Under the pieces are notes generated by a model that made no database searches, was not told the DNA's origin, and was given only the letters and a program-made list of their open reading frames with translations. From Orbicella franksi (lineage: Eukaryota): DNA of 64,000 bases. This document shows positions 1 through 13,721 of this stretch, one piece after another (position 1 is the first letter of the stretch; each line of letters opens with the position of its first letter). The translations under genes and the position numbers were made by a program. The stretch covers positions 19,530,001-19,594,000 of the forward strand of contig OZ116699.1 in NCBI GenBank assembly GCA_964199315.1, in the 5' to 3' direction.

Positions 1-3000
1 TCTTTTGTTTTCAACAATTTAATGTGTCTTTCCATGCAGTTTATTCCTAACAAGAATCTGTGCCATTTAGAAACTTAGACCCAGAGACCATGTTTACTCT
101 TCATTGTTCAATCTGGCCAGTCGAACCAAAACTCCAGGATTAGTTCCAAAACTCTATGACGGTGAGTTGTTCAATTGACTTCGTCTAAACTTCGTACTGT
201 AATCCTCAGTATCAGAGGCATTATGTTCATGGAAAAATCGTAGCAAATGTAAGCAAGATAGCTGTGTAAATAACTTCAAGAGTTTCTGAAAATGTTGCTG
301 TGAGATAAAATGCTAAACAAGCTCAAGAGGAGTGGCTTGTCTCACGGCCCTCTTTAGCTTAATGGGCTTGTATCTCGAGGGTGATATTATCGCAGAACAT
401 TTTGTGTCAAAGGCTATTTCCAGTGGGGAGGACGGCTGTCCAGGGAAAGGGGGGAGTTTCTAGTACCGGCATTTCATGGTATGTCTTTGTTCTTGTCTCC
501 TGACCAGACATGCGCATGAATCAAGTAACATTAACAAGGAATGTAGCCACAGCTCTTTTCAGAGCCCTTAGTGTAACTGAGAAACCTGAGGTAAGTTGGT
601 TCTTGGTGTGACAAACATAAACCCTGATATAGTTTTACGTCGATCCTATAGGCTCATTTTCAATTTACAACCGTTGCGATCATTTCCTTCTTGTTTGAGG
701 AAACCATCAATATGAAGGCATGATTGATCATCGCAATTATATGATACAATCATGCAATCATGTCTTCATATCTTTCTCCGCAGTTCAAATATATGACCTT
801 ACTATATTCACTTGTAAAACCATCTTTGTTCAACATGTGCTCCGATCAGTCCAAAAATCATACTCGCCTACTACACTTGTAAAAAAAAAAGAACCACCGA
901 TAGCTTAAGCGACTTAAATATTGGAGAGCACGCTTGCGTAATGGTTTGCGCATTCAACTCATTTTCAAGCGGTCGAGTTCGAGTGCTACCTCGCATCAGC
1001 GTGCAGGGTTCTTGTCAAGAAGTTGCACGCTCCAGTGCCTCTCCGCCGAGGAGTATAACTGTTTTCTATAGGGGAATCAGAGATTTAGCTTCTGATCAAG
1101 CTACAAAAATTTCAGTTCTGACTATGAAAGAACACAGCACGATTGATTGTCTTAAGGATTTTGAGCCCGATGTATTGAAAACTTTTTGTGCGTTGCGGGT
1201 TTTATCATTCAAAATTTTACAAAGAATGTTTGAGCTCGTTAACACCTTTTCCAGCCAGAAATTTTGCAGTCTTTGGAACCAATTTCTCGTTGAATATTAC
1301 ACCCAAAGAGTGTTACTTGTTACCGGAAATTCCTCGAGACAAAAGTGGCTATCGCGTCAGTTCTCCTTGCCCTGCATGGCAAAGCTATATTTTCATGTTG
1401 TAAAATCATCAAACTGCCATAAAAATTGACATTTAGTGAAAAAGCTTCTGCAAAGAACCTATTCAGCCTTTTGTTTTAACTGCATTTTCACACCATTTTA
1501 GGACCTCAAGGTTCACCTGGATATCATGGTTGACGTCTTGTACTGGATGAAACTCTTCAACTTGCAGTGAGTTAAATCGCCGCGCCATAGCTGTTATCGT
1601 TTCCCTCGTCTACATGTCTCATTGTCATTATATAATCCCGTGCTTTTGCTTGTTCAGTATTGTGGTGTTAAACCTGGAGTTCGTGTCTCAATTTATTGGC
1701 GCTGTTATTGTTGTTTTTCTAATGGCCTTCGTGGACGTTTTTTTTTGTTTGTTACGGCGTGGTCGCCAGCTTGAAAGCAGGGATCAAATGTGGCGTGAAA
1801 AGTGACAAGTAGAAACCTGACAACTGGCGTTATGGACTGCTTAAGCGTTCTGATTCCTTCAGAAAGCCTTGAAATCTGAATCAGAATCCAAAGCTGACCG
1901 GCATACCAAAGTTCATAGCAATAGTTTGCTTTAAATACTATTTCTTTCCTGACACCATGGCATAATGTAAACATCTTCGAGTGGAGAAGGGAGGGTGGTA
2001 TCTCTTTTGAACTGGGAAATGGTATCGTGCCATAATAATTGTAGTCCTTGCTATCGCTCTGACTTGAAGTCGTTTCAACTTGCTAATGGGGCGCTTGATC
2101 TTTTGATTTCTCTTTTAGACCTTCACCTTTTGTGATCACTCGTGCCATTACCATGTACTGTTTAAACGGCAAACTGCTGGAAGCCTGGTAGGTGTGGTGA
2201 ACTTTTTACAAGGACTATAGAAAATAGTTATTTCTCCGTGTTTTTGTGGAGTTGTAAACACACTTGGGAAAGATGGGGAGAACTTGAAAAAGCTGTGGAA
2301 ACACTTGTTCCACTCGAGTCTCTAAAACTGGACAGAAACTTCTATTCCTTTAATAATCACCGAGTACCTGAAATAGGCAAGTTTGTCTGGTATACGAATG
2401 GTGGCTGTTTCATTGGCCCAGTGGTCATTGATTCAGACAAAGATATTTATCTCACTGTGGTACATTTACAGACCTTTTCTAAGCCTGATGGCTATGGCTC
2501 AGGTTTAGACATATCTATCCCTTGACATAATTATTTTGCTCCTTGAAATGACACTTACCTGCCCCCTGCCCCACATTTTTTTGGCCTTAACAAGACTGCC
2601 TGTTTCCTGATTTCTTAAGGGATAAATGTCCGCTGTCAAAGTACCCAAGACTACATTCTCAATCTCATGTTCTAAAATAAAGAAAATCACAACCGTGAAG
2701 ATGGATATATTTTGACGATTTTACTTCTCCGTTTACTCCTTCGTTTTTGCATAGTTAATAGAGGGGACTGGTTATGAAGCCCGGCAAGCATCAAAGGAGC
2801 AAACAAGATGACAAGATTGATGTTGGAGGGTCCACGACCATGCACAGTCTATTGTTTTTCGCTCATACATGAATTACATAACCACAACGTTTCTATTGGT
2901 TAGTTCCTCAGTCAGAAGTTAACAGCTATTGTATTTTGTGCACTGCCAAGGCCGAAAAAGTGAACTAAAACATACAACAAAGAACTTTGTCGGGCTTCAT

Positions 3001-3045
3001 AGCCATCCTCCTCTATTCACTACGGTTTTTGCTTTCATTGGGAAG

Positions 3046-3187
3046 ATATATCAAACACTCAAGACAGTGTTTCATCGGCTATCCAAAAACTTCGAGTTTC
3101 GTCAAAAATACTCCGCTGCGCGTCGTATTTTCAACTATATTCGCGGTGTTTGGATATCCCGATGAAACAGTCTCTCATGTTTTATAT
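3046..3187. mobile_element. Short fold-back (MITE-like) element
   Basis: Arms ATATATCAAACACTCAAGACAGTGTTTCATCGGCTATCCAAA and TTTGGATATCCCGATGAAACAGTCTCTCATGTTTTATATA are imperfect reverse complements. Confidence 0.65.
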
Positions 3188-4085
3188 AATACCTCAAGCT
3201 GACAACTGAACAGTAAGGAACGCTGCCACCTCCTTCGCAGGGTCCTAGAGGGGATCCTGGAAACGGAGTTGGGAAGGCTTAGACGCCATGACTCGTGACG
3301 TCATTCCGGAAGACGATTAGTAGAGAGAATTGATGTTTCAATCTTAGGACTAAGGGTGATTGGATGTTGTTCTTTCAGGAGAATGTTGGATATGTTCGAG
3401 AAAAACAGATATGTACCAAGGTAAGCGTGAATTTTTCTTGGCGATATCTTGTATCTTTCATTTGTTTATGGTCGCCTTAGCAGCTCAAAGAAGATTGTGA
3501 GAAGATTCAGTGACCTTCCCCACCCTCTCCAGCCATTGTTTCACAGCCTTTCTCTCTCTTCCGGTTTCCTGGATTCACTTGAACGATAAATCTGGAAGGA
3601 AACACTACCTCTGATTGGCTGTCCTGTTGGTTTACGCGAGAAGGAGCCCATAAAATGCGTGCTATAATTGGTCGAAACACGGGAAATGTGAACGCGGTTA
3701 TAGCTTTTCAACTTAGCAGTTTGTATGTACGGTATTTTTCTATGTGAGTGACCCAACGCCAAGACGCTATTATTCACCAAGGTTCTGCATTCCTTCAGAG
3801 CGTTCCAAGTTGATTTGACTGAAAATGGAAATAACCATTTCTTTTTTACTTTGTTTCTAGCTATTCTGCTCTCCTTAGCTTAATGACGCTTGCAGCGGAA
3901 CAATTGGACCAGTTCAAAGTAGTTGTGAGTTTCATTCTGACGCAACATGTTTTGCGCATTTTGAAGGTCTCCAGTACATGTAACAAAATAAATGTTATGA
4001 TTCAAATCCAGATCCAAATCAGTTTTGGTTTTGTGTGGATGTGACCACCGTACCGCTCTTTTTTTTTTAAGAAAACGTGCTCTTT

Positions 4086-4310
4086 TAGAACGGTTACTTC
4101 AGTTATTGAGCGTCGTAAAACCAAAACCAATGTTAGCGCTGTAGCCAGTCACAAAGGCCATAGGCAATGCAGTGAACCAATCAAAACTTAAATACATGTA
4201 GCTGAAGTGAAGCGCGGGAAAACATGTGAAAAAGTGGCTCGAATTTTTTAGCTAGTCGTGCAGTAATGCAAACCCAATTACTCTTCGACGCTCAAAGGAA
4301 TACCGCTCTA
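4086..4310. mobile_element. MITE-like element with imperfect terminal inverted repeats
   Basis: The start TAGAACGGT...TTGAGCGTCG and the end CGACGCTCAA...ACCGCTCTA are imperfect reverse complements. Confidence 0.5.
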
Positions 4311-4930
4311 AAATGAATTTCTTTAAACGTTCATCAGTGTTCGCTTTCTTTAGAGGAGTTCGTTAATAGATTTACATCTTATCGTAGACGTAAAAGTACA
4401 TTCAAAAGTTCGGCTTGAAGTTGTTTGTCTGTTTCTTTGTTTGTTTGTTTGTTTCAGGTTTGTTTTTATCTCGGTTGATCAGTTCTGTTATTATTAGCAC
4501 AGTTCTATTGGTTTCTCCACAGAGGTGTTTTGAAATGCTCAGCGAGTTTGGATATAGCTTCAGCGTACACAGGCGAAGACACTTTTACCAGAAAGCCAAC
4601 ATTCCTCGATCAGAAGCGTAGGTGCTATTTTATCATGGTATCAAACTCATAACAACCGAGCGGTCAATACCAACCGATAGGACCAACTGGATAGGCAGGA
4701 AAAAGAACACTACCTAACTGGAATTACATCATTCACAATTGATAAAACTGTCTTGTCTAATGCCTTTAGTTGTCGAGGATAAAATAACAATGTTTTGTGT
4801 AAAAAACGTTTGACCTCTTAGAACGGTCAGTTGTCAACGAACTATACAAACAAGCAAGTGTAAAAGTAGTTTTGCTATTTGATATGCTATTCTTTGCGAA
4901 ACACATCATTGAAATAACAGAACAAAATAT

Positions 4931-4971
4931 ATGTATGTATGCATGTATGTAAATGTATGTATGTATGTATG
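4931..4971. repeat. (ATGT)n microsatellite
   Basis: Direct tetranucleotide repeat with a few interruptions. Confidence 0.9.
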
Positions 4972-5129
4972 AATCCTATTCTTACTTATCAGGAAACGTT
5001 TAGACGAACTTTTCCAAGACATTGGTGCCCTCGGTAAGAAGTGAGTCTTTTACTTTAAGCCGCTTGTCTATTTATGGAAGCTCTTCGTATAGTCACGAGC
5101 CATGGAGGGCAAACCCATCCTACGTTTTC

Positions 5130-5264
5130 NNNNNNNNNNNNNNNNNNNNNNNNNNNNNNNNNNNNNNNNNNNNNNNNNNNNNNNNNNNNNNNNNNNNNNN
5201 NNNNNNNNNNNNNNNNNNNNNNNNNNNNNNNNNNNNNNNNNNNNNNNNNNNNNNNNNNNNNNNN
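5130..5264. other. Assembly gap (135 N)
   Basis: Run of N. Confidence 1.
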
Positions 5265-5530
5265 ATTAATTGATTGATTGTTTGATTGTTTGATTAATTG
5301 ATTGATTGACTGACGGACGGACGGACTGGCAGACTGACTGACTGGCTGGCTGGTTGGCTGGCTGACGGTCGGAGGAACGGATGGACTGACTGACGGACTG
5401 ATGGACTGATGGATTGACGGACTGACTGACTGACTGAAGGACGGACGGACGGACTGTCTGACTGACTGACTAATTGATTGTTTGCTCGCTCAATCAATCG
5501 ATCGATCGCTCGATCGACTGATTGATTTGC
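5265..5530. repeat. Compound tetranucleotide microsatellite (GATT/GACT/GACG/GGCT)
   Basis: Degenerate 4-mer array adjoining the gap; explains the low-complexity SVRPS/SQSV ORF at 5294-5497. Confidence 0.9.
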
Positions 5531-6763
5531 TTGCCGTCAATTTCAAGTCTCTTTGTTTCGTCATCTTTATGCTAGACTCTCGACGCAGGATGTACGATAA
5601 AGGTGTGTACCAAGACGTGGTGGAACCCAAGGCGAGGTACGAATTAGCGTTGGATCTCTAGATCGATTTGTATTTTATTTTAGTTCCGTTTATTTGAGAT
5701 TTAAGGTAATTAAAAAACAATCAAAGAAAGGAAATGTTGGTGTGGAAAAGAAAAAGCCCTGCTCTCCAAATACGTTATTATTCCTAACCAACACTTATGA
5801 AAGTTGAATGAAAATATAAGGATCGATCGGTCACTTGGCTGTTGTTCTTGTTTTACGGTATTACTATAATGATTGATGATTGATCAGGTGATAAAACTGC
5901 CGTCTGCCACACGTTTTCAGTTCATTTCATTTGTCGTTTCCTAATTTTGTCGATATGTAAAGGTGCTCGGCTTACACTAGGCTTTTTTTTCTTGGAACCG
6001 GTCTCGCTATTTTGCTGCGACAGACATTTGATAAATTCCCCGGAAGTGAATATATCTGGCAACACAGAATCAAGTTTTACTTGTTGTGAAATTTGTTCAT
6101 TTAGAGGCTGTTACAGTGGGTAATGTTTTCTGCAACTTGCTTACTGGAGCAGCACCTTCACCCCCGTCTTTTTTTCACATAACCACTGAACATACAGCAC
6201 GTTATATCTTTGTTTTAATTCTTTTCAATAGTGACTTTCCTTGGGACTCTACGGAAAAGTCATGAAGAGAATCTGAAATGCTTGGAGCCCTAAAGAATCG
6301 CAAGAAACAAAGCATGGGAGGCTCAGAATACACGTTAACTTCACTGTTCAAGTAGTTTTGAGGGAAATATTTGCAGAACTTGGTTACAGATGTGCCGTCG
6401 CTTCCGCTTTAGAGCGCTTTTCTTATTGCCCTTGTAAAACTTGAACCAAATTTAGTTATTCGTGAAGAATATTTAGTTATTCATTAAGTATATTGCTCAC
6501 AGCTCAAAGAAATAACGAGATATCAGCAGCCAAAGTCACAGTGCAAGAAAGGAAACATTTGTTTCGTACTGGAGTAGAAAAAGCTGAGAATATGCAAACG
6601 TGTACATATGATCTGCTACTTCTCGGGGAGTGTCGAACAAACGTTGTCACTACTTTGCAGTATTCTGCTCATAGAGTTGACTATATGTAATTCGGATGCA
6701 AGGTTAACTAATAAAAATGTTTCCCGTTTTGATTTGTATCTTCTTGATTGATTAGACCACGTT

Positions 6764-6931
6764 GTACAATAGACCAATTTCGATATATTAAAATTCAGCC
6801 TGAAACAATAGACGTCAGGACGAGGCTCTGAGGAATAAATACAGAGTTTGTGGGCTTTATTCCCCAGAGCCTCGTGCTGAGGTATATTGTTTCAGGCTGA
6901 ATTTTAATATATCGAAATTGGTCTATTGTAC
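6764..6931. mobile_element. Near-perfect fold-back MITE (AT|AG...CT|AT termini)
   Basis: Perfect 47-bp inverted arms (6764-6810 vs 6885-6931), further near-perfect inner pairing and a short loop. A related decayed copy lies at ~21993-22150. Confidence 0.85.
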
Positions 6932-7334
6932 GAACATCACGGGAAAATCTCCCTAAGACAGACTACTTCAACTTACTGGAAAGGCAGAGTAAGAAAAATG
7001 CATCCCTTCATGAGCCTGCTTGTGACGACAGGGGTTCTTTACCAGCCAGAGAAATAATAGGAATCGCAGTCAGTACATTCTGTAGAAAACATTAACCCGT
7101 CACACCTTTTAAAAGTTCCACTCCGTTCCAAAGTTAGTGTCATCCTCTTTGCGGGAGCTTCGTTGATCAATGCATGACTTGCACGTATATCTAATAGGTT
7201 TGGAGGGTAATAAAAACCGGCTTTCTGCCCGACAAACAAATCTGGAGGTTAGGGCTGACAATACTTAGTCACCCGCCAGAAAGGAGAACAAGCTACGCAT
7301 TCAGGAGTTATAGTTTTCTATAGCAGAAGGGTAA

Positions 7335-7408
7335 GATGTCTTAGCCCAAGAACACAACACAATTACCCCTGGAGTCCAGCGCCCTAACATGAGGTCACCG
7401 CGCCCCCC
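7335..7408 (-). mobile_element. 5' fragment of tRNA-derived SINE
   Basis: Resembles the head region of the SINE at 41449-41720 (AACACAAC...GAGTCCAGC...GAGGTCACC) with an internal deletion. Confidence 0.5.
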
Positions 7409-8336
7409 AAGTTATTGCAGTCGATGGGAAGTATTTGTTTACACAAGAAAGTTGTCAATTGCTGGTCATTAGCAAGATACCCTCCTTAACCTGTGTTTTC
7501 CTTCCTGGGGGGGTTGGCTACTCCCTTATATGGGCTATATAGGTATGTGCGGCCCCAGAGGGTATGGTTTTTAACCCTTTTGGGTAGAAATAGGGTATCG
7601 ATATTGGTCATTTTGTTCTCAAATTGAGTATGGTTTTTGCACTCTAGTTTTGAATTGGGTATGTTTTTTTAGAAGCTATCTTACCTTATAAAAGCATATA
7701 AACATTTCCTTTAACATTGGTCTGAAAGGGAACTAATGCTTCATACATCGCAAACAAAGAATTAACTTTCCCGCTTTCTGCATACATCCCGACTGCTTTT
7801 TAAGATTATCCAAAATTTTCAGACTCCATGTAGAGGTTTCCTCTAGTGCGTATTCGGACATGCCGACAATCGCACTTGGGGCACAAGATCCCCACACAAT
7901 CACACTTTGTGCAATTATATGGCATTACTTTCCCCTTTTCACCAGTGTAGTTGTGTGGTTTATTTATGTACTTGGAAGTATTGCTGTAGTCCCTGAATGG
8001 GATGTGAATAAACACAAGCTTTAATTAATCCTCCCACCCCTACAACACAACCGCCTTCTCCTAGAATATCATTTTGTCAGATTACACCGACATCCTCCTG
8101 TACCAATTCATGTACATTAAATTTGGGAGAGACACTGTGAACGTAATTTCGTGCCCAAGATCTTGCTCAAGAACCTATAAACTACAGAAACACCGTTCTA
8201 CCCATGTGTCGTAAAACCACGTGACAAGTTAAATTTATTTTCATTTCTTAATTAATTTACTAGTCAAATATATCCACTAACTATAAGGCTAAACGTAAAT
8301 TGAAAAGAAACAAGGATTTGTTATTTGTTTGTTGTT

Positions 8337-8394
8337 CAACTTTGTTCCCAGGGCTTTTCCCTAAGAAATTCGAAAAAGCCCTGGGAACGAGGTT
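8337..8394. repeat. Short palindromic element
   Basis: AACTTTGTTCCCAGGGCTTTT ... AAAAGCCCTGGGAACGAGGTT inverted arms around a short spacer. Confidence 0.65.
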
Positions 8395-9021
8395 AGTAGT
8401 TGGCCTCTCCACAACGGACACTCTGAGGTGGCATAAACTGGGGTGGCAGCAGTAGGGAGGTTTCGATGACAGTTCAATGTATGAAGGAGCATACGGCCGA
8501 ACGAAATATCCCGGTCGTTGAGTATGGTGTAGAGGCAGCCCTCAGTAGAGCTTCGACCGTAATTTCTTTGACGTTGACGCCCTAAAGAACCTGCAAACCC
8601 GTTCGGATTAGGTACAGTGTCAGAGGGAACACTGGAATCGATCATCATGTATGGGATGTAGGACTCGAAAAAAGTCGTTAATTCCAGTTTTCCATACGGA
8701 GAAGTAGCTCTCAAATTTTGCTTGTGCTGGGCAAGTCTTAATTTGATGCTAAGATCCCTTGCCCATTGGGTAAGTGAGAATGAAAAGTTACTTGCACGGC
8801 AAGAAAATCTACTTGTCCTGGACGACGACACTTTTGGCGAGTCCTGGGATGGTGACATCGATATTCAGCCCATTATGGCTCCTTGTTTTGTTTCGGTGGT
8901 AGCCTTGTGACACGTCCTTTTGGAGCGTCCACTCTAGTCATGACCAAGAATCAGTTTCCAAGACCGAGTCACTTTTCTATATTTTAATAAGTGTTTTAAG
9001 CCGGCCTAGCGTGAGTAATTT

Positions 9022-12000
9022 TTAAAAATGTTCCGACATCATGAGTACCACTAATGAGGACCATCCAGTGAATGGATGCGATCCTTTGCCGTGTCCAGCA
9101 TCGTCATCATACTGTTCCCAAATGAACCCTGACCTCTGATACTCGCTAAAGATGTTCTTGATTAAATTTTGCCGTAGATCTGTGTAAATCGCTTGAGCTG
9201 TGCTTTGGTAAGGCCCCGGAGCACTGGCGTAGTGGTTCAGCGCTCTGACAGCCAGGAAGTTAATGTTGATCCACACGGCCCCTCTCCAGTAAGGAGCGTC
9301 GTGTTCTGTGTTATACTTCTTGTAGATCGGATCACTCTTGGCCAAAGACCGCAAACCGAACTCGCTCCATAGCTTTTCGCGGTCTTTTAAATCCTTGAGG
9401 ACTTTTTCGAGTTTCGGCGAGGCGGGATCCAGGATCTGCAGCAGGAATGGAAACAAGCTGACGTAACCGACCGCGTTGACGTACTTGAGAGAAGGGCCCT
9501 GCTTAGAGGTTACAATGCGAACCGTCTTCTTTGGTGCGCCCGGTTGAGCTGGCTGGACTACTCGCTGAACAAGCTTCACAAACTTGGTATGATTCCCATA
9601 ATCGCTGTACGATTCTGCCTTGGAAGACCAATGATACTTGTCCAGGAGTGCGTTGTCTGACAAATAGAGATTGGTGGATCTGTACAAGACAGCATCCGAC
9701 GTTTGATCCACTGCTTCAGCAATGTCGGCCATCAGCCCAGCAGCGAATGCCATCCAGCATCGCAGATCAACATGCCTCTCATCATCTGACGGGTGTGACG
9801 CCCGGGGGTAGTCATCCAGTCCGGAAGTCAGCGTCTTAGGGTTCAGCTCTGTGTCAGTCTTCGCATCCCTTCCGTGCCATCTGTACGTTGACGGCAGGTT
9901 TCCTAGTTGTGTGGTGTTAAACCAGTTGAACCAAGCCTTCAGTCGAGGAAAGATCTTTCGTAGATACCCTTCATCCAAGACGCCTTTATCCACCATCGAC
10001 TTGATTGGAAGGATCAAAGTTGGCGGGTTAGCGTTTTCGTTGTGTTGCACAACAAAATCCGCAGGTACTTTCGTCCGAGCTTCATCGCCAAGAATCTGTT
10101 CTCTTGGAATCCAACCCTCAATGTTGATCAAATCCAACCAATGACCAATGATATCCTTGCTGATATTAGTGTCCCACTGGCTGATGAGTAGTTGATGGAA
10201 GCCTTCATCCCAGAGGAACCCACGTGGAAAGAACGGTCGCGAAGGAACCGCAGTGTACAACGCGCTATCCCAGTAATCTGTTGGTTCCTTGAAGTAACGA
10301 GAAACTACTCTCGAGCTGCCATAGAAATAGCCAATACCTCCAACCATGTTACTAAGCGCTGCCTGCGCGAACTGGACCTCGTCATTGCTAAACCCTTTCG
10401 CCTTCAACGTAAACCTCTCTTCAAACTTTCTTTCAAACTCAGAGCTGTATTTGTCTCTAAGATTCAAGAACGACGGCCCCAACAGCCTTTCTCCTCTGGT
10501 TATAAAACTTCCAGACTCGAATGCGACCTCCACGTCAAATGGAAGCTCCAGGGTCCATTGCTGGACAAAGAAGTTTACTGGTAACTCTCGCCCCTCCTGG
10601 TCACGCTGCGTCACGTGGCCAGCCAAGGCAAGCAGCTGCACGTTTTTGTTACCCTTGAGTTTTGCCATGCGCATGTTCTGCATGACGATATCCTTGACAG
10701 AGTGCACGTGCGGTGTGTGAGCAGCCAGGAAAGAGGAAAACACGACTTTGGGAGGTCGCGGGAAGTGTAGCGCGAATGAACCAAGCTCTGGCGAGTTCCC
10801 TTGCAGTGCAGTGAGCGTGTTCTTTTGAATGACGGGCTGCAGTTGAGAGTCTCCTTCATGAGTAGCATAAAACAGCAAGGATACCACTTGCTTGGGGTTG
10901 CCCTGCAAAATAGATACCACGTCAAACAATAGGGAAGATACATGTATCCGTAATCAATCATTGTTTTCTAACAACTGAACAAAATATTTCTCTGTTTTAC
11001 CAGCCTATGGCTTCCTATGAACAGCGAAAAACTACGTTTCCATACAGGTACATGACGTAATTTCATACCCATCCTTGAATGGCGTAGACTCAGCTGGCTA
11101 TTGCTACATGTACATAACTTGACAAAGTATCAAGTGAAACTGATGTTGTTACTCATAATAAAACTTTTTTTCTACAAACATAGTTTCCCGCTTTTGACTT
11201 AAGCAGTGTCTGCTCTCTATTCGAGCCAAGAATGTGATTGAGATTCATATTATAAAACCATGGTCTTCACTTCTGTCCAAAACTGCACCTGGTAACGAAA
11301 TTGGCAGATTTGACGAGCTTTCTTCAAACTGAATGAATGCTCAAGGATTTGATGATTTTGGCAAATCTTTGTCAAATTTGTCTTAAGTAAAATCAGCTTG
11401 GCAAAATTGACAGTTTTGGCGACTTTTCACCAATCAGAATTGTGCAAAATAATTATCTCATTAGAGATGGTCTCAACATGCTGATGGATTTGGCGATTTT
11501 GGCGACTTTTTGCCAGGCAGACTATGCAAATTATCCCATCAGATACAGTCCTAACATGTTAATGAATTTGAATTGAATTTGATTTGAATTTTGTCAGTAT
11601 AAAAATTATGTTTCCCTGGTTATCAATGGATGTTGCCCGAGCCCAGTGCAAAAAGGAGAGAAGTATGAATTCCCCTCCTTGTAAAAGCCCCAAGTGAAAC
11701 AGAAAGCAATGCACATTTCTCTGGGACCATTTGAATGAAAGCCTACAACCTGTACTTTCATACACATGTACATGGTGCTTTATTTTTCAAGATTTTACAA
11801 AATGACATTTAATTTGGAGTTTCTTTCAAGATTGAACTTGGACAACCTTTCAGAGATTGATATGAAGTTAGACCACCAACCATTTCCTTTCCAGAGATCC
11901 TTGCGGTCCAGTCTCCTCCGTGATCTCCACCCAATTTCTTTACAAAATCTGTTGTCAATACAAAATCCTTGTCAACTATCTCTTGTGAGCCAAAATTAGT

Positions 12001-13721
12001 ACCATCATGTTTAAGCCAGCCATATTTACGAAGCCCATCAGATTGTTCACAGGTGTGGCGAATGGCTAGTTGACCATTAGGTGCATATTGAGGGAACCAC
12101 ATGAGACCTGTCATGAGGGACTTAGGGCTCCTTGTTCTGCAAGGACAAAGCAACAGTGCAAGCTATGTTAGTACAATCAAATCTCTGATGATTGACACCC
12201 ATCATAAGCAGGCATCTCTACAAAGTGCACTCTTTGTTGTTGTCACAGACTTGTGGTCACTCATGATAACTGTACTGTTTAACCCAACGTAAGCAATGAC
12301 CTCCCATAAGGTGCCACTGGTTGTGTTTCCATGGATGCCTACTCAGAGATAATTGATTATTGGAAAATTGAACCCACTAGTCATTCCAAGAATATGGCTA
12401 ATAGGTTTAATGTTCAGAAAAATCAATTTAATGTTGATTTTAGAAATGACTAGCGAGTTCAATATTCAAATAATCAATTCATTATTGCATTCTTGAAAAA
12501 CCAAGTGGGTTCAATATTCAAACAATCAATTCACTAATGTAATCTTGAGGGGTACGCTTCACTTGGTTTGACTGTAAAAGGTTCACCAACACACTCCTCA
12601 GAGAAACTCCCCTGTATTGGTTTAAGGTTGTGTCCTACTGTTCAGGCTGTGGGGGTTTCAAGTCATTTTGTCAATATAATAGAGATCTCCACCACTGGCA
12701 AGAAAACGTCTTTCCAAAAAAGGTCATCACCATTGTTAGCCTTGCTATCAAGGATGATTATGCTCATGGGTTAGGCTCAAAAATTATTTTAAAAGTTATG
12801 TTTGTTATTACTAAGTTGCAAATACAAACTCCTGGCTGATTGCTGTATACAGTAGCTACCTGCTTTATATCATCAATAGATAATTACGTAAAAGTGCCCT
12901 AAAATCTAGACGACTTTCTGTAAAATTTTGCTTACAACAATAAGTTGTGAAATCATGGTAATAGGGAAATACTATTGGACATCTTATGTCTTACGACTCT
13001 CATGCGAAGTCATTGCTCAATTTCCCTGCAAGATCCCTGGTCAATCTCCTCTGTCTAGATTTATAAATATCTGCACAATTTTAGTTTTGAACCGTGAGGT
13101 AAAATCTGCATTGACAGTAGTTCCAAATAAACCCGCATTAAATTTGTATTTGACACTGGATTTACTGATCCCTAAAACACCTGCAACACTATAGGTAGAG
13201 TTGTTATTGATCAAAACTGCAACTGTCAATTAAGACACTGAAGATGGATGGGGAAGAGCAGTAACACAGTACAGTAATCTATTATTCTTTATTTCTGGGA
13301 AGTACTGTAAGTTAAAACTTATATCCCCCTTTATTTACTCAAGAAAATAAACTTTATGCCTGTAAAGATCTGTAGCTTTCAGGAACGTTTATTAAAATAA
13401 GTTGAAACTGACCGAGTTAGTTTAACCTTACCTTAGACCAAAATACAAATTTGAACGATAAGTCCCCCAGAATCGGCTCATATCCATTTCAGTCTTGTTT
13501 ATAACTAACGGTGCATTAAGTGGCGTGTAAAGACGTGCAGATAATCTGTAATTCCAGAGTTTATATGCTCCGAGTAAACACAATGGAACTCCAAGCACAG
13601 CTGCCACCATCAGAAATGGTTTGAAAGAAGATTCCTTTCCTCGACGGCGAGGGAATTTAGTTCTATCTCCGTGATCTTTTGAAGAATCCAAACTATGTTT
13701 CCCTCTCCTTTGTCGGGCCAT
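9022..13721 (-). CDS. MOGS: Mannosyl-oligosaccharide glucosidase (ER glucosidase I, GH63)
   Basis: Exons complement(13432-13721, 11881-12136, 9022-10902), GT-AG with consistent phases, 808 aa. Arg-rich N-terminus plus TM anchor (MARQRRGK...), RFWGTYRSNLYFGLRTRSP, PRGFLWDEGFH, and catalytic-region motifs SGLDDYPR and IWEQY, ending FTGWSSLVVLMMSEHF. Confidence 0.97.

Larger units (their letters stand above)
40..5636 (+). pseudogene. Probable decayed multi-exon gene of unidentified family
   Basis: Several short segments are bounded by canonical cag|...|gt(a/g)ag sites: 40-161, 210-248, 508-590, 3379-3420. They translate to protein-like text (e.g. MRMNQVTLTRNVATALFRALSVTEKPE), but 40-161 carries two in-frame stops and phases do not join cleanly. 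ORF 941-1429 may belong to the same relic. No family recognised; extent approximate. Confidence 0.3.

Noticed and set aside
5022-5277. ORFs spanning the N runs (also 22578-23033)
   Set aside because: Artefacts of translating assembly gaps.
8361-8858. 165-aa minus-strand ORF downstream of MOGS, with Cys-rich ORFs at 7039-7239 and 7806-8015
   Set aside because: GC-richer than its flanks, but no recognisable motif, no splice model, and its end runs into a palindromic repeat; cannot support a gene call.
9531-10961. Several 97-130-aa ORFs overlapping MOGS exon 3
   Set aside because: Antisense or off-frame shadows of a GC-richer coding exon; no recognisable domains.
12568-13229. Protein-like minus-strand frames in MOGS intron 1
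   Set aside because: Interrupted by stops, no recognisable family, and not needed for the complete MOGS model.
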